DNA of 63,115 bases, counting the filler. It is 17 parts of 17 records of this genome, joined end to end, with 100 filler letters (N's around TTAATTAATTAA, not from the genome) between each part and the next. Parts side by side here need not be neighbours in the genome. Positions count along the whole stretch, not along the records: positions 1 to 3,188 come from SRR15195285_15704; positions 3,289 to 6,536 come from SRR15195285_15737; positions 6,637 to 10,075 come from SRR15195285_15757; positions 10,176 to 13,419 come from SRR15195285_15786; 13 more parts are not named here. One strand, 5' to 3'. The notes beneath the pieces are model-generated. The model saw only the letters and a list, made by a program, of their open reading frames with translations. It was not told the origin of the DNA and ran no database searches. A program made the translations under genes and the position numbers. Of the stretch, positions 1 through 10,936 are shown in pieces. Within the stretch, counting starts at the first letter, position 1, and the number at the start of each line of letters is the position of its first letter.

Positions 1-457
1 CCCCCCCCCCCCCCCCCCCTCCCCCCGCCCGCACCGTCTCCCTATCTGCACGAGCCCCAGCCCGCCCCGATCAGCCGGGGTTGACACAGACCCAGATATA
101 TCTGCAATTTTGACAACTAGTACCAAACTGGAAGCTCTTGGCGCCGGCTTTCAAATCTTGTGAGGCTCGGGATCAGCAGACGAAAAGCGCAGAACCAGTC
201 CACGTCGTTATCCGAAAGGCCTGCCTCACGCAACAGCATACGCAATTCTAGCGGTGGTGATGGTGTACAGTGGCGGTGGCCGTGGCGAGTGGCGAACGAT
301 GTCAACGATAGCGTTCGTCGCACTTCATGAGCGTCGTAGATCTGCACATGGAGAAGCTCGGGCATGTATGCAGCTTGCAATAGCAATGGCAAGTGCCCAA
401 TTTTCAAACTACATGGATGTTGCGCACGCCCACTGGTTCAAACAAAACGATTTGGTT

Positions 458-1906
458 TCATTGCACAGCCCCATTACTTCCCTTGGCTTCTGCGTCGGCG
501 CGTTTGTACTCCGGACGGACAAGCATGAGCAGCAGAGTTGAGCAAGCTAGCCCTAGCCAGCATGCGCAGGTGATCGCCGCGAGTGTGACGTGCTGCGCCG
601 CAAAAAGCGTGACGATCAGCGACGCGTGTTCAGCTATCACGATCAGTCCTGCGGAAGTCCCCTCTGGCACTGGGTATGTCAGCTCTGCGGCGACCTCGTA
701 GAGGAGTGGTATCAAACCAGTTCGACAAGCACCAGCGACAGAAATTGCCACCCACACTCGCCAGCGCTGGTCGGACCTTAGGGCAGTGGGATCCCAGGGC
801 ACGTATGGGTTGTCAAACATCGTCGAAGCCCACCCAAGCGACACGGTCGCCACCGTACCAAGTAGGACCATCAACACCTTGGAACGCCGTGCAAAGCAGC
901 GATCAGCTAACTGCCCAAAGACAATCTGTCCAGCAATACACGAGAGCGTCTGCACCATGCCACACATCCCGGCTTCCTGCGCGGTCCAGTCAGCCCCAGT
1001 CCCAGCTGAGCCATCGCCGCTCCCTCCATCTAAGCTCGGCAACTCCGACGTCAATATCTGCGGCAGAAGCCCCGTCCAACCATCATAGATGCCAATGCTC
1101 AGCGCTGTGACCACCATGAGGACCACCAGCTGCACGTTGCCACATCCGACGCGAAACGTCTCCGCGACAAACGCGCGCGGCCCCAACGCGCCATCCTTAT
1201 TGCTTGGAACAACCTCCACCGCCGAGGAGACCTGCACCGCTGGGTGGTCTGGGCAGTACGCGAAGACGGCGAGCAGAGGCCCGCTAGCGAGTGCCAGCGT
1301 TATCAGCAGCAGGTGAGGCACATTGTCCGGATTGTTGTTTAGCACGGCAGGGCAGAGAAAGAACCCGATCGCTGCCCCTACAAAAGAGGCGTTGGCCACA
1401 GCGGTGACCGTAGTGCGCTGGTGTGGCGGGAACCACAAGGCTGAAAGGCGCGAGGGCGCCGCGATCAGCACCGGGCCAGCTGTGCCATTCAATATCTGCC
1501 CCGCGTGGAGCAACAGCAATAGCCATTGGTGCTGCTTGCGGCTCTCCGCACTGACGAGGCACGGGATGCAGCGCACTGCGCAGGCAATGAAGCAAAGGCA
1601 GGCATTGAGCCGCATGCACTTCTGCAAGCCGTTCTTCTGCATCAACAGCCAGGACACGAAGGGCACGGTGGGCACAAACGTGATTGGCCCCCAGTTCAAC
1701 AGCTGATCGATGGCCTGCGTCGTGAGCCCAGGGTAATAGGCCTTGAATGTGTCGGGGTCCGCCGAGAACGTGAACCAGAACAGGCACTGGTTCGCCATGA
1801 GCACGAAGAACAGCGCAAGCACGTAGAAACGAGCCGGGTCCAGTGCAGGCTCGTCGCGCGCCGTTCTCCTGCCATCCAGCAGCGGCTTGTCGTATTGGCC
1901 GGCCAT
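458..1906 (-). CDS. MFS transporter, FLVCR/SLC49-like
   Basis: About 12 hydrophobic helices. Motifs GQILNG..GP...AAPSRLSALWFPPHQRTTVT, GQLADR and LLYEVAAELTYPVPEGTSAG match SLC49/FLVCR. First ATG is at 1906; the ORF track starts at a GTG at 1942. Confidence 0.85.
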   Translation of the reverse strand: MAGQYDKPLLDGRRTARDEPALDPARFYVLALFFVLMANQCLFWFTFSADPDTFKAYYPGLTTQAIDQLLNWGPITFVPTVPFVSWLLMQKNGLQKCMRLNACLCFIACAVRCIPCLVSAESRKQHQWLLLLLHAGQILNGTAGPVLIAAPSRLSALWFPPHQRTTVTAVANASFVGAAIGFFLCPAVLNNNPDNVPHLLLITLALASGPLLAVFAYCPDHPAVQVSSAVEVVPSNKDGALGPRAFVAETFRVGCGNVQLVVLMVVTALSIGIYDGWTGLLPQILTSELPSLDGGSGDGSAGTGADWTAQEAGMCGMVQTLSCIAGQIVFGQLADRCFARRSKVLMVLLGTVATVSLGWASTMFDNPYVPWDPTALRSDQRWRVWVAISVAGACRTGLIPLLYEVAAELTYPVPEGTSAGLIVIAEHASLIVTLFAAQHVTLAAITCACWLGLACSTLLLMLVRPEYKRADAEAKGSNGAVQ

Positions 1907-2298
1907 CGTGTTTTTGGTGATTGGACGGCTGTGAGTCGTCACTTATTCGCCAGGACTGTGTCGCTGCGGCAAATTCTTAGGAGCTGCGACTCTCCAAGCG
2001 GAAGATTCGAGGACGGATTCGAGTAGAGGAGAGGGAGGGGAGAGCGGGGAGGGCGTGTTGCAAGCGGCCAGCCCCGCGTTGACGGCGGGAGTGCTGCCGA
2101 GCTATCGAGCAGGGCGCGGCGCTACCTTACAGCACTATCGATAGACGCCCTCGCCGCTGGGCACCCGCCCGCCACCAGCCCTCCCTCGCCTGCACTGCAG
2201 TGCCGGCGGTCGCAGAACCTGGGTACAGCGTCGAGCGTGTGCTCACTCGACTCATGCGAACAGGCTGGGTTGGATTCTTGTGGACCCGGTATCGGGAA

Positions 2299-2412
2299 CT
2301 CACTGATAAATGCAGCAAACTCCGCGGACCGCCCGGAGACACTTATGTTTTTCGCATAACAGGATTGATATTACTGTTCTGGCCCCGCCTGTGGCTTGCA
2401 TCCTGACCCAGC
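2299..2412 (+). repeat. Dispersed repeat, copy 1 (homologous to 52480-52628; degenerate tandem partial at about 2481-2544)
   Basis: Collinear blocks CTCAC(T/C)GATAAATGCA, TCCGCGGACCGCC, ATTGATATTA and CTGTGG.TTG.ATCCTGA.CCAGC are shared with 52480-52628. Confidence 0.8.
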
Positions 2413-2772
2413 CTGTGAAGTGACACATTGCTTGGCTCGGGGCGTTGCATGTTCGGATTCTGTTCGGCGTGATCATCGAAGAACTCACTGATTAATCCGG
2501 AGCGCCCTCTCGGACCGCCTCAGATCGCTGGCATTTGTTCGCACGTGACAACCAAAGTCGGTACAGTGTACTGAAATGAGTGCTGAAATTAGTACGGAAA
2601 TGAGTCAGCTGAAATTCGCGTCCGCTGCGACCGGACTGAACTGATCGGATGGATGGCGGCGTAGCGCACGATGGCGGCGCACGATGGCGGCGCTTTGGAT
2701 GAGCTGCCCCTACCGCTGCTCGCCCGCCACGCCGCTGGGCTTGGTAGTGCAGCTGAATAGGCGGGTTTGGGG

Positions 2773-3188
2773 ATGAGCGCTGAGGTGATGCGGTTGGCGT
2801 CGCCGGCTGCGACGCCTCTGTCGTCGCCGGCGAAGCCATTGAGCGGATGGGCGGCCAAGGATGCTCGCCCTGAGGGTGGGGTGATGGCGGCCGCTCTCGT
2901 GCACTGGCAGAGCTATACGAGGGGGCGCAGCGCGTTTAGAAAGGGCCTGAGAGAGCACATACGGCAGCGGCTGAGAACAGCACAGAGGCTCGCGCTGTAC
3001 GTGTGGCATGGTGTCGTGGTGGCGCAAGTTGCATCGAGCTCAGTCGCCGATACGGTCCGCCGCCAGGGCGACCCTGTGGAACGACTGCGCGCTTCGGAGC
3101 CGCCCCTGGTCTCGATACAGCTTCCGCAAACTGAGCTAGAGCCGGAGCCGGGGCTAAGGCCGGAGCCGGGGCCGGAGCCGGAGCCGGA
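2773..3188 (+). CDS. Hypothetical protein, 3'-truncated at a Glu-Pro repeat
   Basis: Open frame runs into ELEPEPGLRPEPGPEPEP (GAGCCG repeats) at the contig end. Start codon uncertain. Confidence 0.4.
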
Positions 3189-3288
3189 NNNNNNNNNNNN
3201 NNNNNNNNNNNNNNNNNNNNNNNNNNNNNNNNTTAATTAATTAANNNNNNNNNNNNNNNNNNNNNNNNNNNNNNNNNNNNNNNNNNNN
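3189..3288. other. Artificial contig-joining spacer (first of 16)
   Basis: 44 N + TTAATTAATTAA (stops in all six frames) + 44 N. Identical spacers at 6537-6636, 10076-10175, 13420-13519, 16907-17006, 20701-20800, 24023-24122, 27397-27496, 31508-31607, 36020-36119, 39215-39314, 42872-42971, 46343-46442, 52629-52728, 56250-56349, 59514-59613. Confidence 0.99.
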
Positions 3289-3289
3289 C

Positions 3290-4503
3290 TCGCCGTACCT
3301 CGACGGCCTGCTCACCTCTGGGCTCGCGGAGTCGAGAGAGGGCGGCGACACGCTTGAGATCGGTGGCGACACGATGGACGGTCATGCGGTCGAGACCATC
3401 GTGGACTGCTTCTACTCGGGCCAGCTCTTGCTCTCGCGCGGCACGGTGAGCAGCGTGATCAGCACGGCCAACCTGTTCAGGGTGGACGCTGTGGAGAAGG
3501 CAGCGTGCGACTTCTTCGTTGAAGCCCTGGAGCCGTCCACCGGATGCGAGGCGCTGGCGTTCGCAGCGGCCCACTCCGTGGGCGGCGACCACGCGCGTGG
3601 GCTGCACGCGCAATGTGTGGACTATGTGGTGGGTCATTTTGCAGCGTGGAGCCATCGTTCCTAGAACTGTCTTGCGAGGCGGTCGCGGAGGTGATTGGGA
3701 ACGACGAGTTGGCTGTGGAGGCGGCCGCGGTTGTGTCCGCGATGCGTGCGTGGTTCGACCACGACGTGGTGAATCGGACGGGCTCGCTGGTGGTACTGCT
3801 GCCGCTAGTTCGATGGCCGCAGCTGCCTGTGGAGGCGCGGCTGAACCTACCAGACGAGCCGCTGCTGCAGCGTATGATCGTGCTCGCTCCGAAGCTGGGC
3901 ATGAAATTGTTGCTGGAGTGCAGCGCGGAGTTTGCTGCCAGCGGCGCGGCGGCAGCTTGCCCGCGGCTCAAGCGGCGCAAGGGCACACTGCCTCCCGTGC
4001 TACCGCTGGCCTTCACTTCGCTATCGGATGAGCACTACACGACGAGCGAAGATGGCGCGCTGCTGACGAACACTGCCAGTACTCACTATCGTGCCGCGCT
4101 GTGTCGCGAGAGGGTGATGAACAGCGGGCGGAGCTGCGCCGAGGTCACCGTGCGACAAGAACATACCATGATGATTGGTGTTGGGCGTCCGACGCTGGAC
4201 CCGAACGCTGAATCCGCCTACCTCAACGCCGACTTCTGGGGCCTTCGCAGCACTGACGGCACCCTTTTCCACAACGGCAACGCTTATGAGTGTTATGGGA
4301 GGCAGGGCTATGGCACAGGTGACGTGCTCCGCGTGCTGCTGGACTCGGATGCCGGCACCCTGACCACCAAGAAGAACGGCACCCTGCTCAACGTGGCAGT
4401 GCCGAGCGGGCTGACGGGAGATCTGTGCTGGGCGGTGGCCTTTGGCTCTAATGGCGCTGGCAGCTCGGTGCGCATCAAGGCGTTGGACCCGGCGGAGTTC
4501 TGA
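3290..4503 (+). pseudogene. BTB-BACK-SPRY(B30.2) protein, 5'-truncated, frameshifted near 3643
   Basis: BTB (SPYLDGLLTSGLAES...IVDCFYSGQL...ANLFRVDAVEKAACDFF) is in one frame. BACK (SFLELSCEAVAEVIGNDEL...LLPLVRWPQL) and SPRY (MMIGVGRP...GYGTGDVLRVLLDSDAGTL) are in another, with no room for an intron at the switch. Confidence 0.7.
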
Positions 4504-4854
4504 TCACGTAGCAGCGAGCAGTGAGCCTCAGCAAGGCTAGGCAGCTTTGCTATCGCATGCATTCATGGTCACCAAGATCATAAACGAACCACCTTTAGTT
4601 TTTAGTCGGTTTCATGCACACACCCCATTACCACCTGTCTGTGGTCGCACGGAGGGGTCGCGTAAGGGTTGGGCGGCTCTTTTTTGAAAGCGGAGTTGCG
4701 CGGCGCTCGGTGTGGCGATACTCGGCGTCGTTGCGAGGCGACGGAACCTTGAGTGAGTCATTCGTGTTTCTGGAACACAAACAAACTTGGTGCCTACAGC
4801 TAGGTTTGGTGAACTCTAGCGATGCGTGTCTAGGGAGCCGAGGGCTGTGTGGCG

Positions 4855-6345
4855 TCACTGCTCTTTGCTTTCCTCAACGAGCAGCTCAGCTAGCCGCCGC
4901 AGTGCCTCGTCGATCTCCATCAAAGACGCTGTCGAGTAGGCAGCGCGCGCCCATGGGCTGGGTCGATCGTGTGGATCGAAGCTCTGCCCAGGAACGAGCA
5001 GCACCTTTGCCTTGCGGGCTTTGCTCTTGATGAACGAGTCAGCGTCCTCAACCGGAAGCTTCATCCACACAAACATCCCGGCGGATGGTGCTGACCACTC
5101 GCAAAGTCCGGAGAGATGCCGGTCCGCGCTAGCAAGGAAGAAATCCCGCCGCTCACGATAGTAGTCTACAATGCCTTGGCAGTGCACGCTAAACCCTGCA
5201 TGTATATTGCCTCCGTTCGCCGCTGCCCACTGATCGAAGAGGCCGGAAACGAGCGCCTGTGACACCCCAGAGCTATGCAGTACTGAGGCTTGTTGATGCA
5301 GCTCGATTCGTTCGATCAGCGCCGGCGGGCCGGTGACGAATCCCACTCTCAGTCCAGACGATAGGAGTTTCGAGAAGGAATCGAAGCGCAAGACGCGTCC
5401 GTCCACGTCCATTGACAAAAACGATGGGGTCCGCTGTGACGAAAACTGCATCCAGTAGTATGGATCATCTTCAAGAATCAGGAGCTCAAACTCCCGGGCG
5501 ATCGAATAGATGTCTTTCTTTCGCTCTAGTGTGAGGCTGGCGCCAGTTGGGTTGGAGCCGACAGGAATGGTATAAAGCACGCGTGGCCGCGGGCTGCCGC
5601 TGGAGCTAGCGTTCCAACTCCTCAGAATGTCGGCAAGCGCCTTAGGGTTAAGTCCACCGCTGTCACACGGCACGCCGACCAGCTGTGTCCCTGTTGGCTG
5701 CAAGTACGCCAAAGATCCAGAATATGTCGGTTCTTCAACCAGAATCGGTGCGTCACGTGCGCCGCCAGCGGTGAAGAGATCGAAAGCTTTGCTGAGTGCG
5801 TCCTGGCTGCCGGTCGAGACGCAGATCTCGTACGGATCCGGGGTGGTTGTGCCGTGCTCGGCCTGCTGGATGCCCTGCAAGTGGGCCAGCAGCGAGCGGA
5901 GGCCTCTTGTCCCACTGTACTGCAGCACTTCCTCCAGGTCTGCGCCTGTCAGCTCGAATGTGCCGCCATCGGTGCTGCAAGTCAGCATTTTGAAAGGAAA
6001 GGTGGCCTTGTTGGGCATGCCGCCGCCCAAGCTGATCATTCCAGGCTCGGCCAGCAGTGGCTGCAGAGCGCGGATTGCGCTGGGCCGCCGTGCCTTTGAA
6101 CGCTCCGAGAGGTACCCGTCGTAGTTGATAGTGGGCCCCGCAGCCGTCGACTGCCGCCGCCGGCTGGCCGCAGCCGGCATGTTCACGCCGGCCCTCACGC
6201 GCCACGAGCCCCTCTGCTGGTCCTCGTGCAGGAGCTGCGAGAGGCGTCGACACGGGCAAGAGCACGCGCTAGCGGTACCACGCCGGCGTGATGGGTGGTA
6301 TCGGAGCTGCAGCTGCCTCTTTCCTCGGAACAGTCGGCACAGCAT
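4855..6345 (-). CDS. AADAT: Kynurenine/alpha-aminoadipate aminotransferase (class I PLP enzyme)
   Basis: MISLGGGMPN..TFPF, LQYSGTRG, YTIPVGSNPTG, ILEDDPY, and the PLP-lysine motif RFDSFSKLLSSGLRVG. Arg-rich N-terminal extension may be a mitochondrial presequence. Start uncertain (6345 or 6180). Confidence 0.9.
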   Translation of the reverse strand: MLCRLFRGKRQLQLRYHPSRRRGTASACSCPCRRLSQLLHEDQQRGSWRVRAGVNMPAAASRRRQSTAAGPTINYDGYLSERSKARRPSAIRALQPLLAEPGMISLGGGMPNKATFPFKMLTCSTDGGTFELTGADLEEVLQYSGTRGLRSLLAHLQGIQQAEHGTTTPDPYEICVSTGSQDALSKAFDLFTAGGARDAPILVEEPTYSGSLAYLQPTGTQLVGVPCDSGGLNPKALADILRSWNASSSGSPRPRVLYTIPVGSNPTGASLTLERKKDIYSIAREFELLILEDDPYYWMQFSSQRTPSFLSMDVDGRVLRFDSFSKLLSSGLRVGFVTGPPALIERIELHQQASVLHSSGVSQALVSGLFDQWAAANGGNIHAGFSVHCQGIVDYYRERRDFFLASADRHLSGLCEWSAPSAGMFVWMKLPVEDADSFIKSKARKAKVLLVPGQSFDPHDRPSPWARAAYSTASLMEIDEALRRLAELLVEESKEQ

Positions 6346-6373
6346 GCCGGGTAGTGCACAGCACTGACAGCGC

Positions 6374-6411
6374 CAGTAACGCTGCTGAGCGTCAGTAACG
6401 CTGCTGAGCCT
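6374..6411. repeat. 19-bp tandem duplication upstream of AADAT
   Basis: CAGTAACGCTGCTGAGCGT followed by CAGTAACGCTGCTGAGCCT. Confidence 0.75.
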
Positions 6412-7075
6412 CACGCTGAGCTCGTGCCGGTGCACGCCGGCCCCCGCCTGCGTGCGAGCCTAGCTACAAGGGTCAAGGGGGCGCCGGGAGCATGCACATA
6501 CAGTTGCACACGCCCCCACGATCCGATGGGGCGAGTNNNNNNNNNNNNNNNNNNNNNNNNNNNNNNNNNNNNNNNNNNNNTTAATTAATTAANNNNNNNN
6601 NNNNNNNNNNNNNNNNNNNNNNNNNNNNNNNNNNNNCAAATCACGTCGGCCAGTATCGCTGTGGCCGGCGCGCGCGCGCGGTGCGAGCGCCGCGCCGCGG
6701 TGGGTGCTACATCGGTACACGTCGACGGGGGTATAGTACAGCTCGCGTACTCTCCTACTTGAACGTATAATCATAGAACGCATGCGTGGCCCGCGGGCGG
6801 CCTGGCCGCGCCGCGGGGCTCGACGCGCGGCGAGTTGCCGCGCGCGCACGTGACCTGCCTGAAACATCGGAGAGCCGCGTCTTATGCATGCTACAGGCCC
6901 TCAAGCTACACCGTCAGCAACTTAACTACCCTCGGCAGGGCACTTTCAAGCCTATATACGAGCTATCTGCACATGTATTGCTCATAGCTAAGTTGGTCTC
7001 TGCTCGCTGCGCTGCTCGCGCAGCCGTACGCCCGCAGCACGTGTCAGGGCGCTTCTGCCGTGTTACTGCAGCGGC

Positions 7076-8827
7076 ATGGGCCCCCCACTCGCCATCGTCG
7101 GTGGTGACAAGCACGTGAGGGCTTTAGAGTTCGAAACGGAACTATCCGAGTTTTTTGACGAGGATGAGCGGGCTGCTCTGCTAGGAAAGGGGTACTCGCA
7201 GCCGCCGTCGAGTGTGCTTTCGTGGAGGGAACACGGCAGCGCTGTAATGACAACGCACGCAGAAGTGCTATCGCTTTTCCTCTCGGCACGATACCGTGTG
7301 CCCATGCTGGTTGTCTGGTTTACAGCACTTGGCGGTGCAATGCACGAGCCTGCCGTCCCTTACTTTTACCTTAGTCTAGGACTCAGCGCAGCTCAAATCG
7401 GTCAGGCCGGCGGCATCCTCACCACTGGGTCTCTGCTGCTGGCCCCGATCTATGGCTGGATATTCGACAAGCACTCCGCTCTGCTAGCGCTGGTTCTTGG
7501 CATCTCGTTGTGTGGTGGTGGGTGCTTGCTTCGAGCCCTGGCGACGGGTCCACCCACCGTCCTGCTAAGCGCGGTTGTGATGTCGGTGGATGGCTCTTTT
7601 GAGTCATTAGTACTTGCGTACGTGGCCCGCGACCAACACAGCACAGAGAGCGTCAACGGGCCCGAGAGCTCCCGTGTGACGAAGGCTGCGGTAATTTCTG
7701 CCTTTCTTGTCCAAGTGCAGCTCATGCGAATTATGGGTCGAGGTCTCTACCCGGCATGGAATTGGTCAGTTCGCCGACTAATACGGATGGAAGACTCTGG
7801 GATGATTGAAGAGCCAGGTGCAGGAGTCGGAAGCAGTCAGCTGCTGCGATACCGGGTCGTCCTGGCATCATGTGTTGTGCCTTGCGTGATTGGTTTCTTT
7901 GCGCTACTCTGGCTGTGCTGCACAAGCACCACTGTCGCTGGCAACGCTGGAAAACCTCCGAGCGTCGTGCATGTACCAATGCAGGTCGTGCCGGACGCGA
8001 GCCGCCGCCGCCCTGACAATAGCAGGGGCAACGGTGCGGCAAAGCACAATCGAGACACGCCAGGGAAGCCAGTACCAACCGCTCAACCTGCAAACTCGAC
8101 CTGTGTTGCTGTGGCACTAGTTGTTGCACTAGTTGCGCAAGGCGCTGTCATGGCTCTAACTTGTACGCTCTGGCCGTTGTTTCTGCGGGTACACTACGAT
8201 GTCGATGATGATGGCTTTGCCCCTCTGCTATTCGCGTCATCTGTGGCAGTGGTGATGGCCGTTTTCCTCGCTCCAACTCTTCAGAAGCACGTGCGAGGCG
8301 GTGCATTGCAGGTGGCAACTTTTGCTGCCTGCACTGCCGGAGTAGCGACACCTGCTGCGTTTGCTGTCCAGTGCCCACGCAGCTCCTTGTTGACGCATAC
8401 ACTGTTGGTGCTCGTGAGCTTCGCAAGCGTGGCACTACTCGACACTTCGCTCAAGTCTGCCGCCTCAGAGCTTGCCACGCGGTCGTGTCAAGGCTCGGCT
8501 TTTGGCTTGGTGGCATCGTTGAGCGGCATTGGGTCAGTCAGTGCGAATGTCTTTGGCACTGTACTCTACGAGCATTCGTTTACTGAGCACTCGGGCCTTG
8601 GTGAGTCTGTATCGCACAGTGTTCTCGAGCACGGAGCCACCCTGAGCAGTCTCAACGACACGGCTGAGACCAACGACCCGAAGTGGTGGTGCGACCACGA
8701 CAAGAAGTCTTGGGCTGCGTTTGTGACTGTTGAACGCATTTTCGCTGGTTTGGGCGGTCTCTTGCCATTCCATGTGGTTGGCGTGTTGCTGCTCCTGGCC
8801 GGAAGCGGACTTGCGCTAGCGCGGTAG
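7076..8827 (+). CDS. MFS transporter
   Basis: 583-aa ORF with two bundles of TM helices; MFS motif A-like GWIFDKHS; C-half SCQGSAFGLVASLSGIGSV. Confidence 0.75.
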   Translation: MGPPLAIVGGDKHVRALEFETELSEFFDEDERAALLGKGYSQPPSSVLSWREHGSAVMTTHAEVLSLFLSARYRVPMLVVWFTALGGAMHEPAVPYFYLSLGLSAAQIGQAGGILTTGSLLLAPIYGWIFDKHSALLALVLGISLCGGGCLLRALATGPPTVLLSAVVMSVDGSFESLVLAYVARDQHSTESVNGPESSRVTKAAVISAFLVQVQLMRIMGRGLYPAWNWSVRRLIRMEDSGMIEEPGAGVGSSQLLRYRVVLASCVVPCVIGFFALLWLCCTSTTVAGNAGKPPSVVHVPMQVVPDASRRRPDNSRGNGAAKHNRDTPGKPVPTAQPANSTCVAVALVVALVAQGAVMALTCTLWPLFLRVHYDVDDDGFAPLLFASSVAVVMAVFLAPTLQKHVRGGALQVATFAACTAGVATPAAFAVQCPRSSLLTHTLLVLVSFASVALLDTSLKSAASELATRSCQGSAFGLVASLSGIGSVSANVFGTVLYEHSFTEHSGLGESVSHSVLEHGATLSSLNDTAETNDPKWWCDHDKKSWAAFVTVERIFAGLGGLLPFHVVGVLLLLAGSGLALAR

Positions 8828-9000
8828 AAATTGCAGATTATTTTTAAAATAAATGGCTTGTTTTTCATCACAGCTTTCTGTCACGATGACACCGTGTGGC
8901 AGCTGCAGTCTATAGGCTTCACTGCTGTGCCATGGTACGAGACTATGTGTGCGCAAAGAAAATCAATACACGCCACCACACGAAAGACCTAGCCCACACT

Positions 9001-9936
9001 TCACGGCGGGGGCGGCGGCGGTGGGGGTAGCATCTGGCGATCCGCTCCGGAAACTGAGGCTGCCATCGCAGTCACGATCCCAAGCGCCCCCATGAAAATG
9101 ATCGTCTTGAAGTAACCCATGTTCCCGCCAAAGCCGTCGCCAGCAATACAGCGGCCGAAGACGCCACAGTGATGATCAAAATCGCAGACACACCGTTGGC
9201 AGATCGAGCAATGGTGGACATGTTTGTAGGCACCGCGCCACACGAGGCAGCGCGTGCAATACTCCCCACGGACAGGATCGTGAACCTTGGCGAGTCGCTC
9301 GGGCAGAGGACGCCCTTGAAGCAGCAAATCGCGAATCTGACCTGGTGGCACAGGCTGTGCACATGGCAGCCAACCGGCGATGAGCTTTTGTCTTGTGGCT
9401 CATGTCGCGGACACACAAATGCAACGTGAAGTGCGTGGAAGCAGAGGCGTGGCTAAACGCACTGTGCAGGTCGCTTCAGACCGCTTGATCTCGCCAGGAT
9501 TCCCGTACATGAGACCAAGTAGACACAACACTGCCACCACTGCCTCTGCCCAGACGGCCACGTTGAGGGCAACGGGGAACGTACCCTCGACCCGTGACGT
9601 GAAAAAGTGCGTGCCCGCGACGCACATCGCGATGATGAAGAGTACCAGCGTAATGCCACCACAAGCTTGCGACCGCATCACGCCTGTGTGCGGGGTCGGC
9701 ATAGGGGGCAGTGCTGTCCAGTGCAGTCGCTCCTCAGGATCCTCAGCTGTATTGAGTGGCACCACCTGATCCGATTGCGAGTCTTCCAGCGCCATGGTCC
9801 CTTCCACCCCCGCCCCCGCCGCCGCTGCTGTGACCTCTGCCCGCGACCACGGAGCCGCGAAAACCGGCTCGTCACTGCTTCTGCTTTCGTCCCCAGTCAA
9901 CGGCCGCTGCTGAGAAGAAGAATCAGCCCGGGGCAT
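9001..9936 (-). CDS. DHHC palmitoyltransferase (2 exons, intron 9355-9462)
   Basis: YCTRC...HHCSICQRCVCDFDHHCGVFGRCI...N..YF. A phase-0 GTGCGT...CAG intron joins the TM-containing exon to the DHHC exon. Start ATG uncertain. Confidence 0.88.
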
Positions 9937-10852
9937 GTAACCGGACTGCACGAGTGGGGACCCCGTGTCGATGTACACGCGGCAGCCCGGTTCACCCCCA
10001 CGCACCCCCCGCGCCGCGTCGGCCCGGCGCCCCTCGCTCTGGGTGTCATCCTGGGCGAACGGGGCATTTCTGTCCNNNNNNNNNNNNNNNNNNNNNNNNN
10101 NNNNNNNNNNNNNNNNNNNTTAATTAATTAANNNNNNNNNNNNNNNNNNNNNNNNNNNNNNNNNNNNNNNNNNNNCTCCACGCGCGATGTGCGGGCTGCC
10201 TGAGAAGTACTGAAAACTCGTAGAAAAACATTTTGTTAGCTACCCGTCCCCAAAGCAGTCAACTAAGAAATGCACTTTTGGGCGCGTTGTCGGTCGCCTC
10301 TTTTCTGGTCAACCAGAACGTTCGTTTTCACGCGATTCAACAAGTTGAAAGCTCTCACTGGCCCATTCCCCACAGCTCACGCAGAACCACTCTCAGACCC
10401 GACCAGTACCCAGGTTGTGGCGGGCTGAGTGAATTTAACGTAGTAATTCCAATCGAACTGTTTACATACATGTAGCCTACAATTGTAGCTATGCACGGAA
10501 ATCCGCGGGTACGGGAATGGGTTCTACCCGTATCCTGGAAAGCGAACGAGTGTACCACTGGGTTAATCGTCACGCAGTGTAGCCCCGATATTCAGCATTG
10601 TGCACTGAGGGCATTACCGCAGAGCTCATTGTTTTACCGGTATTCGACCTACTACAGCTGTACCCAGATGAATAGTACCGTACGTACATGCCCTCCGCAC
10701 CCTGTATTCTGCACTCTAAAACTGCATTATTAAAAACTGCATTAATTAGGACCAGGCGGTACAATGCCTTCCCCATGCCCGTGTGCACGCGTCGTGGAGC
10801 CATTGGGGAGGGGACGGATGGGTGCATGGTAAAGCTAGTGACGACAGGGGAG

Positions 10853-10887
10853 TGACAAGGGGTATAAGGCCCTTATGCCCTTTGTCA
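10853..10887. repeat. TGACA...TGTCA palindrome family, copy A
   Basis: TGACAAGGGGTATAAGG-C-CCTTATGCCCTTTGTCA: 17-bp arms, 15/17 Watson-Crick plus 2 G-T pairs, about 50 nt downstream of the kinase-PARP stop. Confidence 0.85.
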
Positions 10888-10936
10888 GCGGAAGGGGCAC
10901 AAAATGCAAACGCATATTCATTCCCGACAATTGTTC

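Noticed and set aside
1-30. Poly-C tract as a G-quadruplex or telomere
   Set aside because: A homopolymer at the window edge; cannot be distinguished from a sequencing or assembly artefact.
3233-3244. Recurring TTAATTAATTAA as a biological repeat or CRISPR-like array
   Set aside because: Always centred in exactly 44+44 N; it is an artificial six-frame stop linker.
9355-9462. In-frame TGA read-through (selenocysteine) in the DHHC gene
   Set aside because: The stop lies inside a canonical 108-nt GT-AG intron.
10176-10800. AT-richer non-coding stretch as a mobile element
   Set aside because: No second copy, TIRs or transposase motif visible in this window.
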